DNA of 64,000 bases. Source: Rebecca billardiae RCC1528. Its lineage: Eukaryota > Protista > Haptophyta. Below are positions 43,570 to 56,000 of the stretch, in pieces. How positions within the stretch are numbered: the stretch's first letter is position 1; each line of letters begins with the position of its first letter. Below the pieces are notes generated by a model. It searched no databases. It was given only the letters and a program-made list of their open reading frames with translations, and had not been told where the DNA came from. The DNA is taken from the NCBI GenBank assembly GCA_965240325.2, contig OZ251226.1:2790001-2854000 (forward strand), written 5' to 3'. The translations under genes and the position numbers were made by a program.

Positions 43570-46174
43570 GCTCGGGTGGCGTGCGCGCGGGCGAGCGCGC
43601 GCCCTGCCGGCCGGCGGCGGCGGCGTGCGCGCTGCCCTGCGCGGCGTGCGCGGCGAGGACCTCCTCGTACAGCTTGCACGCCACGCCCACCGCGCCGAGC
43701 TTCAGCCGCATGTTCGCCGCGGAGAGCACCGTCGCCCACGCCGGGTCGAGCGCGTGCGATCGCTCAAACAGCTCGGACGCGCGCCGAAAGTCGCCCTCCG
43801 AGTTGGCGGCCAGGCCGTCCTTGTACAGGCTGTCCGCGCGGAGCTTGCGCTGGTACGCGAGCTTGGCGGGCAGGACGGGCGTCGGCGCCGAGCCGCCCTC
43901 CGCCGCAGCCGCCTCCAGGTCCGCGTCCTCCGCCAGCGGGCCCGTCGGCCACACCAGCGCACGCGCCTCTGCGGACACCGCACTGTCGTCGACGCCGGCG
44001 AGCGCGCGCGCGCGCGCGCGCGGCGAGGGCGGCACGGAGGCGAGCGCGCTCGCGCCCGCGCGGATCGCGCCGACGACGGCGCGCGCGGCGCCGCCCGCGC
44101 GCTCGGGCTCCGCGCCCCACGGCGGCCACGCCGCGCCGCCGCCGCCGCCGCGCGCGCGCGCGAGAGAAAAGCCGCGCGTGTACGCGGCCGCGAACGCGGA
44201 GACGACGCGTCGGAACGTGGCGCGCGGGAGCGACTCGGCGTGCGCGTGGTGGTCGGAGAGCAGCGGGCGCGCCCAGACGCAGACGGCGGCGCACACGCGC
44301 GCCTCGAGCGCCGCGTCGAGCGCGGCCGCCTCCACCGGCGCGTGCTGCAGCGCGCGCACGCTGCGTGCCAGCATGGCTACCTCCAGTGCGCTCGCGGCTG
44401 GCGGCGCGCCCGCGCCGTGCGCGCCGCGCGCGCCCGCCGCCGCCGCGCCGGCCGCCGCGCCGGCGCGCGCGCAGCGCTCGGCGGCGAGCGCGGCGGCGAG
44501 GAGCTGGCGCCGCCGCTCGGGCACGTCCAGCGCGGGCACGAGCGGCGCGAGCATCCGCCGCGTCGCGCGCTCCGCGTCCAGCTCGAGCGCGCGCGCGCTC
44601 GCGGGCCCGCGATCCTCTGTCTCGGACGCGCCGCCGTCCGCGTCCATCGACGCGGCCGCGCGCGCCCACGCGCCCTCCTCGGCGACGGCGCCGCCGTCGG
44701 TGAGCGCGCCGGCGTCGTCGTCGTCGCCGCCCTCGTCGTCGATGTCCACGCCCGCGCCGCGCGCGCGGCCAAACCTGCGCCGCGCGCCGCGCGCCTCAGA
44801 CTGCGCCGGCAGCGTGCCGTGCCGCGCCGCCTCGCCCACCGCGTCGAGCGCGCGCGAGCGCGCGGCGCCGAGCAGCCACGCGCCGAACGCGCCGCAGAGG
44901 GGGAGGCGCTGCGCGAGGGCGGGCGGGCCGAGCCGCGAGCCCGCCGTGTCGAGCGCCGCGTACAGCTGCCACGCGCCCGCGTGCAGCTGCTGCACCGCCG
45001 ACGAGAACTTGGACTCGTCGAAGCGCGCGCCGGGCGCCGGCTGCGGCTGCGGCTGCGGCTCTGTGGGCGAGGGGACGAGGGAGGAGGCGCTGCCGCGCGA
45101 GCCGCTGCTCGAGTCGGAGCGCTGCAGCCGCGGGCGCGAGGCGCTGCGCGAGACGGGCAGCCAGTGCATCCGCCCCGTCCCCGCCGCCGTCGCGCCGCCC
45201 ACGCCGCGGCCGCGCGACGCCGCCAGCGCCACGCCGAGCGCGTCGCGGCGAGCGAGCTTGACGATGGCCGCGCGCACGGCGGCCGCGCTCGCCGGCTCGG
45301 CGCTGCCCGTGAGCGCGGGCACGCGGTAGCGCCGCGCGCCGGGCTCGCCCGCCTCCGCCTCCGCCTCGGCGAGCGCGCACACCAGCGCGCACGCCACGTG
45401 TGCCAGCCGGCGCTCCGCCCACGCCACAAACGCCTCGACGCCGCCGCCGTCGGCCGATCCGCCGTCTGCGCCCGCGCCCGGCGCGAAGTGGTGCGGGCGG
45501 CGCAGGGTGAGCAGGAGCAGGTGGTAGTGCGCCGAGGCGAGCACGCCGTCCGCGAACAGCCCGGACGCGCGCAGCTCCTCCGGCACGCGCATGCCCTCGC
45601 CGAGCGCGCGGTGCTCGCGCCGACTCAGCCCAAACGCCAGCCGCCACTCGTCCTCGGCCGAGAGGGCGCCGGCGAGCGCGCCCGTGCCGCCGCGCGCGCG
45701 CGCGGCGGCGAGGCGCTTGGTGGGCGAGCCGGCTGCGCCCGTGAGCCCGTACGAGTTCAGCCGGCCGAGCAGCGTCGCCGACGTCTCCTGCAGGCTGCCA
45801 AACGCGGCGGCAAAGGCCGTGCCGTTCGAAGGCGCGCGATCGTCGGCGGCGAGGCGCCCCGCGGCGGTGGCCGAGCGCGAGAGCGCGGGCTTGGTAGACG
45901 GCGCCGCCTCGTCCCCATCCGCGGCGCTAGTCGCCTTGCCCAGCGGCGCCTCACGCGCCGCCAGCGCGCGCTCCTGCGCCGCCTCGCGCGCCGCGGCCTC
46001 GGCCGTCGCGCTGTCACGCCGCTCGCGCTCGGCGAGGGCGACGAGCAGCGCCTCATACGTGAGCAGCTCGAGCTGCCGCTCTGTCAGCTTCCACGGCGCC
46101 AGGAACGGCAGCGCGCCCGACTCCGCGCCCGCCGCCGCCTCGAGCAACGAGGCGAGCGTTGTCGGCGGCGCCAT
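40890..46174 (-). CDS. PATROL1/unc-13-homolog (DUF810, MHD1-MHD2) protein with a TPR-like insert; exons 46174-41626, 41522-41419, 41282-40890
   Basis: ESWAP..HAASVVDLF, LLPPKP, LCVRINSL, VLLDGGDLRVF..D..L..FF.A, GLPEELV and RVLVHR.DESA motifs. Introns restore the frame. Confidence 0.82.
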
Positions 46175-46899
46175 GGATCCAAGCAGATGCGCACACAACA
46201 CAGCTTGCTGGCGGCTGCGCGCTGGGCAGGAGGCTGGCGGCGCTCAAATCGGGCGGCGCACAGTTCCTTTTCCGCGGAAGCGTTGGTCGGTGACGACGAC
46301 GTTTTCGTGATGACGATGACGACGAGCAACGTGTGCGCCGGAACGCGACAACCCTCCGAGCACTCTACAACTCTGCTTCACATTCAACTTCTGTGAGTTC
46401 AAACCAGTGCGTGCTTGACATGCCGCGACTCAGTGGGCCGCGTGATTCGAACATCACGCGCACTCCGCCCAGCCGACGCGATGTAGCCAGCTGGTGTTGC
46501 CAGCGCCCAACACGCGCGCGGCCGTCATCGCCCCCGCGCATCTGGCCTGAAGAGAGCACTGCCGTGAGACGTGCATGCAGCCGATGCCGTTACTACGCCG
46601 TCGGCCCGGTCCGGTCTGGGCTCTGCCGTCTGCGTCTGCGGGTGTCTTTGTGGCGGCCAGTCAGACAGCGGTCGCCGCCAGGCGGGAGCCGCTGCGCCGC
46701 TTGCAGAGTTCGATTGGCGGCCACCGCACTAGATGGCCGCCGCGAGATGGCATGCGCGGGGGAGAGGACCCAGCGACGTCTTGTGTACGACCACAGCCCC
46801 CGTGCGCAAGCGCGCAGTGGGGCTGCGAGCACACGACTGGGCTCTCGCCGCTCCAGCGCCCGCGCAGGGGCCGGGCCACGCCCTCTGGCCCGCGCGCGC

Positions 46900-48232
46900 C
46901 TACGCGGCCGGCATGCCCATGAGCTGCTTGGCCTTCCCGAACAGGCCCTGGCCGGCATCCTTGGCCGGCTTGCCGCCCGCGATCTCCTCGGACACCTCCG
47001 AGAAGCGCACCCACCGCTTCTCCTCCGCGGACTTGCCCGCGGCGATCGACATGACGAGCGCCATCAGCCCGTCCTCGCCCGAGCACGGCGACGGCTCGTC
47101 GTTGACGAGGCACTTGCAGAAGGCCTGCGTCTCGCGGACGTAGGCCTCCTTGTACCGCGACATGAAGAAGTCGTACGGCATGTCCGCGTTGCCCGTGAAG
47201 TCCTCCTTGAAGATGCGCGCGGTGTTCGGGTACATGTTGTCCGTGGCGATCATCCCTGGGCGTGGCGCGGGGCGGGGCGGCGGGCGGCGTGAGACGCGCG
47301 CCGTGCGGCGCTGCGCGGGCGGGCGCGACGAGGCGGCGCGGTGGCGCGCGTGCGGCGCGCGCACCCTTCGTGCCGAGCACCTCCGCGCGCTGGTCGTACC
47401 CGTACGGCGCCTGGCGGCACACGTCGATCACGGCGATCTTGTCCGCGGGGTACTTGACCATGATGGTCGCCGTGTCGTAAGACTCAGGGCCCGGCAGGTC
47501 CTTGATCGCAGGGTCGATCTGGCACGAGCCCGTCGCGAGGATCTCGATGGGCTCCTCGCCCATCAGAAAGCGCGTCATGTCCAGGTCGTGCACCGCCATG
47601 TCCTTGAAGATCCCGCCGCCGCCCTTGACGTACTCGAACGGCGGCGGCGCGGGGTCGCGCGAGCACAGCTTGACGGTGATCGTCTTGCCCACCTCGCCCG
47701 CCATGATCGCCTGCTTCACGCGCGCAAAGTTGGGGTCGAAGCGGCGCTGCAGCGCCGTCATCAGCTTGACGCCGGCCTTCTCGCAGCACTTGATCGCCTC
47801 GATCGTCTCCGGCAGGTCGGTCGCGATGGGCTTCTCGCAGAACACGTGCTTGCCCGCCTTGGCGCACGCCTTGATCTGCTGCGCGTGGAAGCTCGACGGC
47901 GAGCAGATCCAGACGGCCTCGACCTCCGGGTGGTTGATCACCTCCATGTCGTCGGCGGTGAAGTGCGGCACGTTGAACGCGGACGCAGCCTTCTGTGCCT
48001 TGGACACCGTCGGGTTGGAGATGATGATCGGCCGCGCCTCCGGGCACGCGTTGAGAGCCTCCAGGTGCACCAGGCCGATGCGGCCCGCGCCGATCACGCC
48101 CACCCCCAGTTCTCTCATGGCGATCGTCGCCGCGCGTGGCCGCGCGGGGCGAGCGACGTGCGCGCCCGGGGCCACGGCTGCATGCCCGACGACGGCCGCG
48201 GCCGCGGCGCCGACGAGGAGGACGACGGACAT
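46900..48232 (-). CDS. iolG: myo-inositol 2-dehydrogenase (Gfo/Idh/MocA) with a bipartite plastid leader; exons 48232-47365, 47255-46900
   Basis: GVIGAGRIG, HVFCEKP, QRRFDPNF, SRDP, DMAVHDLD and YGYDQRAEV motifs. Confidence 0.92.
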
Positions 48233-48472
48233 CGGTCAGGTCTCGGCGAGCCGAACCGGCAGAGTGGCTCCGCCGAGTGGCCCACCGCCCAATTGTTCAT
48301 GACCAATCGGCGTGCGGCTACTATCCGGAGATATCGGTCAGATCCTCCTGTTCGATACCCTCATTAGTCGAGTCTAATTAATTGACGGCCAGGCAACGGG
48401 CCAATGGCGTGACTCCGACGAACCCGAGACCCTGAACGTGAGGAACCCCATCCATGGCGGCGCGACTCATCC

Positions 48473-49633
48473 ATGCCGAAGATGAGTCGGTGCGTGATCT
48501 GCTTCAGCGGTCTACCCGGCTCGGGGAAGAGCACGCTCGCGCGCGCGATCGCGGAGGATGCCCGGCCACTCGACGACGCGCTGCGCGAGCGCGGCATTCC
48601 CCCGGCGAGGGTGGTGGTCGTAAGCTATGACGAGCTCATGCGCGCACGCCAGGGCGACGGCGCCGCCGACGGCGGCTTCGACCCTGCCGCCTGGCGCGGC
48701 GCTCGTCGGGACGCGATTGCGCGCGCGCGCTCGGCGCTTGAGGCGCACACCGACCCCCGCGCCGCTCTCGCGAGCACCAGCGATGCCGGCGCACCCGCCG
48801 CCGACCAGCTCTCGCTGGCGATCATCCTGGATGACACGATGCACTACCGCTCGATGCGGCGCGAGGTGTTCCGCATGGCACGAGAGCTCTCGGCGGCGTT
48901 CGTGCACGTGCACGTCGACGCGCCCTTGGAGCTCGCCACCCGCCGGAACGCGGCTCGACCGGCGCACGCACGCGTGCCGCGCGCGCTCGTCGAGGAGACG
49001 GCGCACGTGCTCGAGCGCGCACAGCCCGACCGGCACCGCTGGGAGCGCACGACGCTCACGGTCGATGTCGCGCGCGACGCCGACGCCGCCGATGCGGGCG
49101 AGGGCGGGGCCGGCGGGCGTCGATCGAGCTGGGCCTCGTTGCTTGATCCGGCCGCGCTGGTGAGGGAATGGCTCGACAACCAGCTCGACCTGAGCGCGGA
49201 GCTCGCGGCGTGCGAGCAGAGCGCCGCGCTCGCCGACGCGAGTCGGGCTGCGACGATGGCGAGCGTGCCGCATCAGCTCGACCTGCGCTGCAGGCAGACG
49301 ATTGCGCGGACGGTCGGTGGGGCGGCCGGCGCGGCGCTGGGCCGCGACGACAAGCGCGCGCTGGCGGCGCGGCTCAACACGCTCCGAAAGGACGCGCTGA
49401 AGCACTGCAACCAGCACACGCCCTCGCCAGCAGGCGGAAGCACCGAGGGCGCCGAGTCGTCTGCTCGGCTTGCCGAGCGCGTCGAGCTGCTCGTGGACGA
49501 GGAGCACGAAAAGTTCGTGCACGAGTGCCACGCGGCCGTGCGGGCTGTGATGGGCGCAGCAGCTGACGACGTCACGACGACCGGGCCAGCCGTGCGTGAC
49601 CACAGCCACTCAGGTGACCGACACGGCGGATGA
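48473..49633 (+). CDS. PSTK: L-seryl-tRNA(Sec) kinase
   Basis: GLPGSGKST, VVSYDELM, ILDDTMHYRSMR.E, A..RNA.R, WE and C-terminal HQLDLRCR motifs. Confidence 0.85.
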   Translation: MPKMSRCVICFSGLPGSGKSTLARAIAEDARPLDDALRERGIPPARVVVVSYDELMRARQGDGAADGGFDPAAWRGARRDAIARARSALEAHTDPRAALASTSDAGAPAADQLSLAIILDDTMHYRSMRREVFRMARELSAAFVHVHVDAPLELATRRNAARPAHARVPRALVEETAHVLERAQPDRHRWERTTLTVDVARDADAADAGEGGAGGRRSSWASLLDPAALVREWLDNQLDLSAELAACEQSAALADASRAATMASVPHQLDLRCRQTIARTVGGAAGAALGRDDKRALAARLNTLRKDALKHCNQHTPSPAGGSTEGAESSARLAERVELLVDEEHEKFVHECHAAVRAVMGAAADDVTTTGPAVRDHSHSGDRHGG

Positions 49634-50030
49634 ATACCGATGAGTCGTGGCGGCGGATGAGTCGTCGATACTGACGCGATACGTACTCGAATCATCTCGA
49701 TAATGATATATGGCGGCGATCGCGATCTGATGATAGCGCGTAGTGTCCTAAGCTAGCGTACTGCTATATATATAGCGCTAGCAGTACTACTATGCTGATG
49801 GCCTCTGGCTTCTAATCGGCGCGGAGCCAACCACTAACCAGCCGATTCAGGACCTCAGGGCGTCGCTGGCCCTGGGACACCAAAGGGGCCTTGAGCTGAT
49901 GTGAGCAGCAGTAGTGCCAGCTACTAGCTAGGCGGCCCGCCCCGGTGGCAGTATCTCGCGAGTCGCGAGCGAGCCGCGGCGGCGGCATCGACCGCTGCGC
50001 TTCAGCCCTGCTCTCCCACCCCCGACTGGC

Positions 50031-52813
50031 TCATGGCTCATCCTCGTCCACGTCGTCATCGGTCGAGTCGAGCTTGTGTATGGCCGTCTTGATCATCTGC
50101 GCGTCCTTGGGGTTGAGGTCGAGCGCGGTCGAGAGGCACACGAGCGCCTTCTGCGGCTGGCCCATGCGCTTGTAGATCTTGCCGAGCATCAGGTGCACCG
50201 CGCCCTCCTTGGGCGCCAGCTCGCGCAGCGCGAGCAGCTCGTCCAGCGCCAGCTGCGCGGCCGACGGCAGCGCGACGCGTGCCGCGCGCGTCTCAGTCAG
50301 GCCCTGCGCGCGCGGGGCGTGCGCGCGCGCGCGCGCTCGTTCCGCGCGCGCGCGCACCTGCTGCTCCTCGAGTGAGATGAGCACACGCGCCTTCTGGAAG
50401 CGCGCGAGCGGGTTGGCCGGGTCGAGGCTGATGGCGCGCTCGAGCACGGCGAGCGCGCGCTCGGGCCGCTGGTTCTCGTGCACCGCCTTCTCGTGCAGCG
50501 CCATCCCCAGGTAGCACTGCAGCGGCGACGAGCCGCCGTTGATCTGCAGCGCGCGCGCGAGGTGGAACTCTGCGAGGTCGTATTTCTCCTGCCGGAAGTA
50601 GATCGAGCCCAGGCCGTACCACGCGTTGTAGTGCCGGTCGTCCAGCAGGATCGCGCGGCGGTACGCGCCGAGCGCCTTCTCAAAGTCCTCGTTGGCCGCG
50701 TACTCGTGCCCGCACAGCGTGTGCGCGTACGCAAAGTCGGGCGAGAGCTGGATGGCCTGAGGCGCACACGCGCACGAGCGCACGCACGCACGCGCGCACG
50801 CACGCACGCGCACACGCGCGCACACACGCACGCGCACGCACACGCGCGCACACACGCACGCACGCACGCGCGCGGAGAGGGGGCAAGGGCAGGGGGAAGG
50901 GCGCAGGGCGGGTCGGGCGGGGCTGCGCTGGGTGCGCGCGCCGCGCGGCACGACGGCACGACGAGCCGCGCCGCGCGCACGCGCACCCTCTTGAGGAACT
51001 TGAGCGCCGTGTCGTGTTCCTTCTGCAGCGAGAAGCAGTTGCCGAGGATGGCCCACGTGTGCGCGCTCATGCGGTTGAGGGCGAGCGCGTGCTGCGAGAG
51101 GCAGCACAGCTTCGCCTCGGCGCGCAGGTGCCAGAGCAGCGTCGAGTGCAGCTCGTGCCCCGCAAGCCGGTGCGGCTCGATGGAGAGCGCGGCGGAGAAG
51201 GCGCGCTCGGCCTGCACGGCGCGGCCGTGCGTGTGCGCGCGCGCGCGTGTGAGCGCGCGCGCGCGCGCGCACGCGGGCGGCGCTGGACGGAGCGCACTGC
51301 CGCGCCCCGGCGCGTGGCGAGCATTGCATCGCATCGCCGCGGCGCGCGCGGCGCACACCTCTGCGTAGTTCACCATCTCAAAGTGCGCGCGGCCCACGTG
51401 GCACAGGACCCACCCCGTGCGGTAGTGCTGCCGCGGCAGCGCCTGCAGCAGCTCGAGCGCCCTGGGCGCGCGGTACGCGGAGAGAGCGGCGAGCGCGCGC
51501 GCCATGTGCTGCAGCAGCGCGGCGACTGCGCAGCCCGCGGAGGGCGTGGGCGCGGCTGCCGCGGCGGCTGCCGCGGCGCCGTCGGCGGCGGCGGCGCCGC
51601 CCGCCTTCGAGCCGGCTTGGCTCGCGTGCGGCTGCGCAGACGCCGGCGTCGTGCCCGCGCCGCCCGCGCCGCCGCCGCTCAGCCGCGACGAGCGGCGCAC
51701 CGGCGCGCCCGTCGAGCCCGCGGCGGCGGCGCCGCCCGTCCGCGACGACTTGCGCGGCGGCGGGATGCGCACACCGTCGTCCACCATCGGGCTGGCGGCG
51801 CCCGCCCCGCCCGCCGCGCCGCTCGGCGGCTGCGCCGGCGACGAGCCCGCGCCACCCGCGCCCCCTCCGCCTGAGCCGAGGTTGAACAGCCAGCTGCCCA
51901 CGCCGCCTGGCGTCACGCGGCGGCGCGACGGCGCGCCGCCTGCCGCGGCGCCCGCAGCGCCCTCGTCGGGCGTGGCCGCGCCCATCGGCGGGTACGGGCC
52001 CGGCTGCGGGGGCTGCAGCCCGTTGTCGAAGCCCGCACCGCCAGCGCCCGCGCCCGCGAGCGGCGGCAGCGGCGACAGCCCAGCCGCGCCCGCCTGCTGC
52101 TCCGCGCCGCCGCCGCTCGCGGGCATCGGCGACGGTGTGAACGCACCCGCGCCGAGCATGGCGGACGCGGGCGTGGCGGGCAGCGCGCCGGCCGCCAGGC
52201 CGAGGCCCGCACTCCCGAACGCCGGCGCCGCCGGCGTGAAGCCCATCGCGCCCGAGAGCGGCGGCGCCGGCGGCGCGCCGCCCGCGCCGTCGGCCGCGAG
52301 CGGCGGCGGCTCGAGCCCGAGCTGGCAGAGGCCCTCGTACGCGCTCCAGAGGTACGGGTTGAGCTCGAGCGCCTGCGTGAAGTAGCGCGCGGCCTGCGAG
52401 CGCCGCTGCGACTTGACGCAGATCACGCCGAGCAGGTAGCAGCCCGACGCCCCGTTCGGCACGTCCTCGGCGGCGGGCGGCGCGCCGCCCGGTGGCGACG
52501 ACGCCGCGGGCTGGCCGAGCAGCATGCGCTCGGCCTCGTTGAGGTGGCCGAGCTCGAGGCAGCAGAGCGCGAGGAGGTAGCGGTTCTGCGCCGACGTGCA
52601 CCCCTGCAGCACGTGGTACGCGCGGTGCCGCTCGCCCGCGAGGAAGTAGCACGTCGAGAGCACGTGCGCCGAGTCCTCGCTCGGCGCGTGCGCGTGCAGC
52701 CGCTCGGCGAGGAAGGTGGCGTTGTGGTACAGGTGGTGCTGCAGCGACTGGTGCGTCCACGCGAGCAGCGTGCGCTCGAAGTGAGGCCGCGAAGGGTCGA
52801 GCGCGCTGGCCAT
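50031..52813 (-). CDS. CDC27: Anaphase-promoting complex subunit 3 (CDC27); exons 52813-51359, 51211-50987, 50756-50358, 50252-50031
   Basis: NATFLAERL, RYLLALCC, LNPYLWSAYEGLC, GNCFSLQKEHDTA, YAHTLCGHE and RHYNAWYGLG motifs. Confidence 0.95.
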
Positions 52814-53047
52814 CGCCGCGCGCGCGTCTCTCCGTCCGAGCGTGCGCGCGCAACTCGCGCGCGCTTCGAACGAGCAGCAAGCGGCGGTCACCGTGCGTGT
52901 TCCAGCCAACGATGGCTGCCGGCCCGGTCCGGGCGCGGGGTGAGGAGTAAAGTCCGGCCGTCGTCGGTTTTTGACTTTTTGTACGGTCAACGCCAGGGTG
53001 GCTGCTCCCCGCCGTTCGAGGCGGCGCGCCCCGCCTGGCCGGCCGAG
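52814..53047. promoter_or_regulatory. Putative bidirectional promoter between CDC27 and the dynein gene
   Basis: 234 bp between divergent ATGs. Confidence 0.5.
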
Positions 53048-56000
53048 ATGGCCCCCATCAAGCCTGGGGAGGTGGTCTGGCAGAGCCCGACGTGCCGCGG
53101 GACCCCGCCCGGCCCGCGCTCGGGCCACTCCATCAACGTCGTCCACGGCAAGGCCGTCATCTTTGGCGGGTGCGGCGTGGAGGGCAAGGAGTCGAGCAGC
53201 GTGTACAACAGCACGCACGTGCTCCACCTCGGCGACTCGCCGTACTGGGAGACGCTCGAGGCGCTCGGCGACATCCCCGAGGCGCGCTGGCGCCACACGG
53301 GCACCGTGCTGCCCGACGAGCAGTCCATCCTCGTCTTTGGCGGCCTGTGCCGCGGCCGGCGCTTCAACGACACGTGCGTCCTCAACGTCGAGAAGCGCGA
53401 GTGGGCGTACAAGGAGTGCGCCGGCGCGCCGCCGTACGCGCGCTCGCACCACACGGCGACGCTGGTCGAGCCCGCCACGGAGGAGGGCGGCATCGGCGGC
53501 GCCGGCGGCCAGCTCCTCATCTGCGGCGGCTTTGGCGGCCCGTCGGCCTCGTTCCGCGACTTCTTGATGGACGTGCACCTGCTCGACCTGGAGACGTGGA
53601 CGTGGGTGCGCGCGGACGACTTCAAGGGGCGCGTGCCGCGGCCGCGCTCGGACCACTCCGCCTGCGTCACCAACGGCCGCCTCATCATCATGGGCGGGCG
53701 CACGTGGACGTCGGCCGAGTCGGTCGGCTTCCTCTCAGACATGCAGGTGCTCGAGATCAAGACGATGCGCTGGCTCGAGCCGCCGCCGACCGACGACCCG
53801 GCGGCGAGCGACGAGGACGCGGAGGCGGTGCCCACGTGGCCGGGGCTCGGCTCGACCCGCTGGAACCACTCCTCCGTCCTCATCGACTCCGTCCCCTCGC
53901 CGTACGTCTTTGTGTTTGGCGGGCAGACGTCGACGCGCACGTACACCAACGAGCTCAACGTGCTGCACGCCGACCCGGCCGGACTCAAGTGGATCAGCCC
54001 GGCGATCGCGGGGACGCCGCCCGAGGCGCGCGAGGACTGCGGCTTCGCGTACGACCGCTCCACCTCGTCCGTCGTCCTCTTCGGCGGCTGGCGGCACAAG
54101 TGGGTCGGCGACGTGTGGGCGCTCAACGTCGCGGGCATCGTCGGGCCCGCGTACGCGGTCAACTCGATCTGGCCCGTCTCCGGCCCCGTCACCGGCTCGG
54201 CGCCCGTCACGATCACCGGGCTGCGCTTCAAGCCGTCGCAGCGGATCAACGTGAAGTTCACGGACGGGCGGCACGAGGCGATCGTGCCCGGCGCGTACGA
54301 GTCCGAGACCGAGATCCGCGCCAAGACGCCCGTCTTTGAGAAGATGTCCGCGCCGGTCAACGTGGCCATCTCGATTGACGGCGAGCCGTACACCGTGAAC
54401 CGGTGCGCGTACCACCCGTTCCTCAACACGCGCGCGGCCAAGTCGATCGCGTTCGGGCCGGGCGTGAGCCCGAGCGGGACGGTCGGCGTGGAGCACACCT
54501 TCCTCATCCAGGCGAAGGACGCGGCGGGCACCAACCGCTCGACGGGCGGCGACCCCGTCACGGTCGAGCTGGGCGGGCCGGCCGAGCTGGGCGGGCCGGT
54601 GCACGCGCACATCGCAGACTCAGGCGACGGCCGGTACACCGTGCGCTTCACGCCGCCCGTCGCGGGGGAGTACTCGGTGAACGTGCTGATCAACGAGACG
54701 GCGTTCGGCGACGAGGCCGACGTCGAGGCCTCGCGCCAGAAGATCCGCTCCTCCCCGTTCCAGATGGTGGCGTCGGACGTGTGGCAGCCGCTGCGCGCGG
54801 GCGGGATCGCGCCGCGCGTGCGCGACACGATGCGCTGCGCCTCGCTCGGCTCGAAGGTGGTCGTCTTCGCGTTCTCGGCGGTGGACCTGGCCGGCGCGGG
54901 GGGCGCGGGCGAGGAAGGCGACGCGGAGGGCGAGGAGGGCGCCGACGTCGACGAGGCCCTCGCCGAGGCCGAGGCCGCGGACGCGAGCGCCGCCGCGGCC
55001 GGCGCCGAAGGCGCGGACGGCGGCGCCGACGGCGCCGAGGCCGAGGCCGAGGTGGCGGCGCCGTCGGCGGCGGAGCTCGCGGCGACGGAGGCGAAGGCGG
55101 CCGAGAAGGCGGAGGCCTCCGAAGCCGCGCTCTTCGACCCGCCGCGCGTGAGCGACGACGAGCTCAAGGGCTGGCTGCCCGCCGCGCCGTCAGACGCGTG
55201 GGTGCTCGACGTGGCGCCCGCGGCGCCGGGCGGCGCGGGCGGGCTGCGCGCGCTGCCGACGTGGGAGCTCGTGTCCGAGACGGAGGAGGTAGACGCGCTG
55301 GTGTCGGCGACGGCGGACGCGCACGCCGCGCTCGCCAAGGCCGTGCGCGCGCTCGCCCTCCCCGTGCACCTCGAGCGCGCGCTGCTCCTCCCGCAGGCGG
55401 CGGGCAGCGCGCCGCTGCGGCCGTACCGCGAGGGCGCGGAGGCGGACGCGCCGCCGCCGCGCGCGCACTTCCTCGTGCACGCCGCGGCGGGCGCGGCGTA
55501 CATCTACGGCGGCGTCGACGCGTCGGGCGCGCAGCTGAACGACGTGTGGAAGCTGACCAAGCCGCCCGGCGCCGCCGCGCGCTGGCGCTGGGAGCGCGTG
55601 TACGGCGGGCTCGCGCAGCCGCCGCCGCCGTCCGGCTTGGCCGCGGCGACGCAGCCCAAGCCGTTCACCGTCTTCGTGGCCGGCCCGCACTCGGCGGACG
55701 GGAACGGCGGGCCGCCGGCGCTGCGCCTCGCGTACTTCGGCTCGGGCGCGCTCGGCGACGCGTACGACGTCGGCAGCGCCCTCGACGTCTCCGCCCTCGA
55801 GCGCCGCGAGCCGTTCGACACGCGGCTGCTCAAGCTGAGCGAGGCCGACCTCTCGAAGCGCGATGACGCGGCGCGGCGCGCCTACTCGGCGCTCAGCAAG
55901 GCGCTGGCCGCGCCGGACGCGGAGGCGATCGCGAACGGCACGCTGGACAGCAAGTCGCTGCACCGGCTGCTCCGCGCGCTCGCCGAGGTGCGCGTCGGCG

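Noticed and set aside
48473-49633. Selenoprotein or tRNA-Sec cluster near PSTK
   Set aside because: I found no tRNA fold, no conserved gene with an in-frame TGA and no convincing SECIS by eye; tRNAscan-SE and Seblastian would be decisive.
52814-53656. N-terminal extension of the CDC27 ORF
   Set aside because: Antisense to the dynein kelch region; CDC27 similarity begins at 52813.
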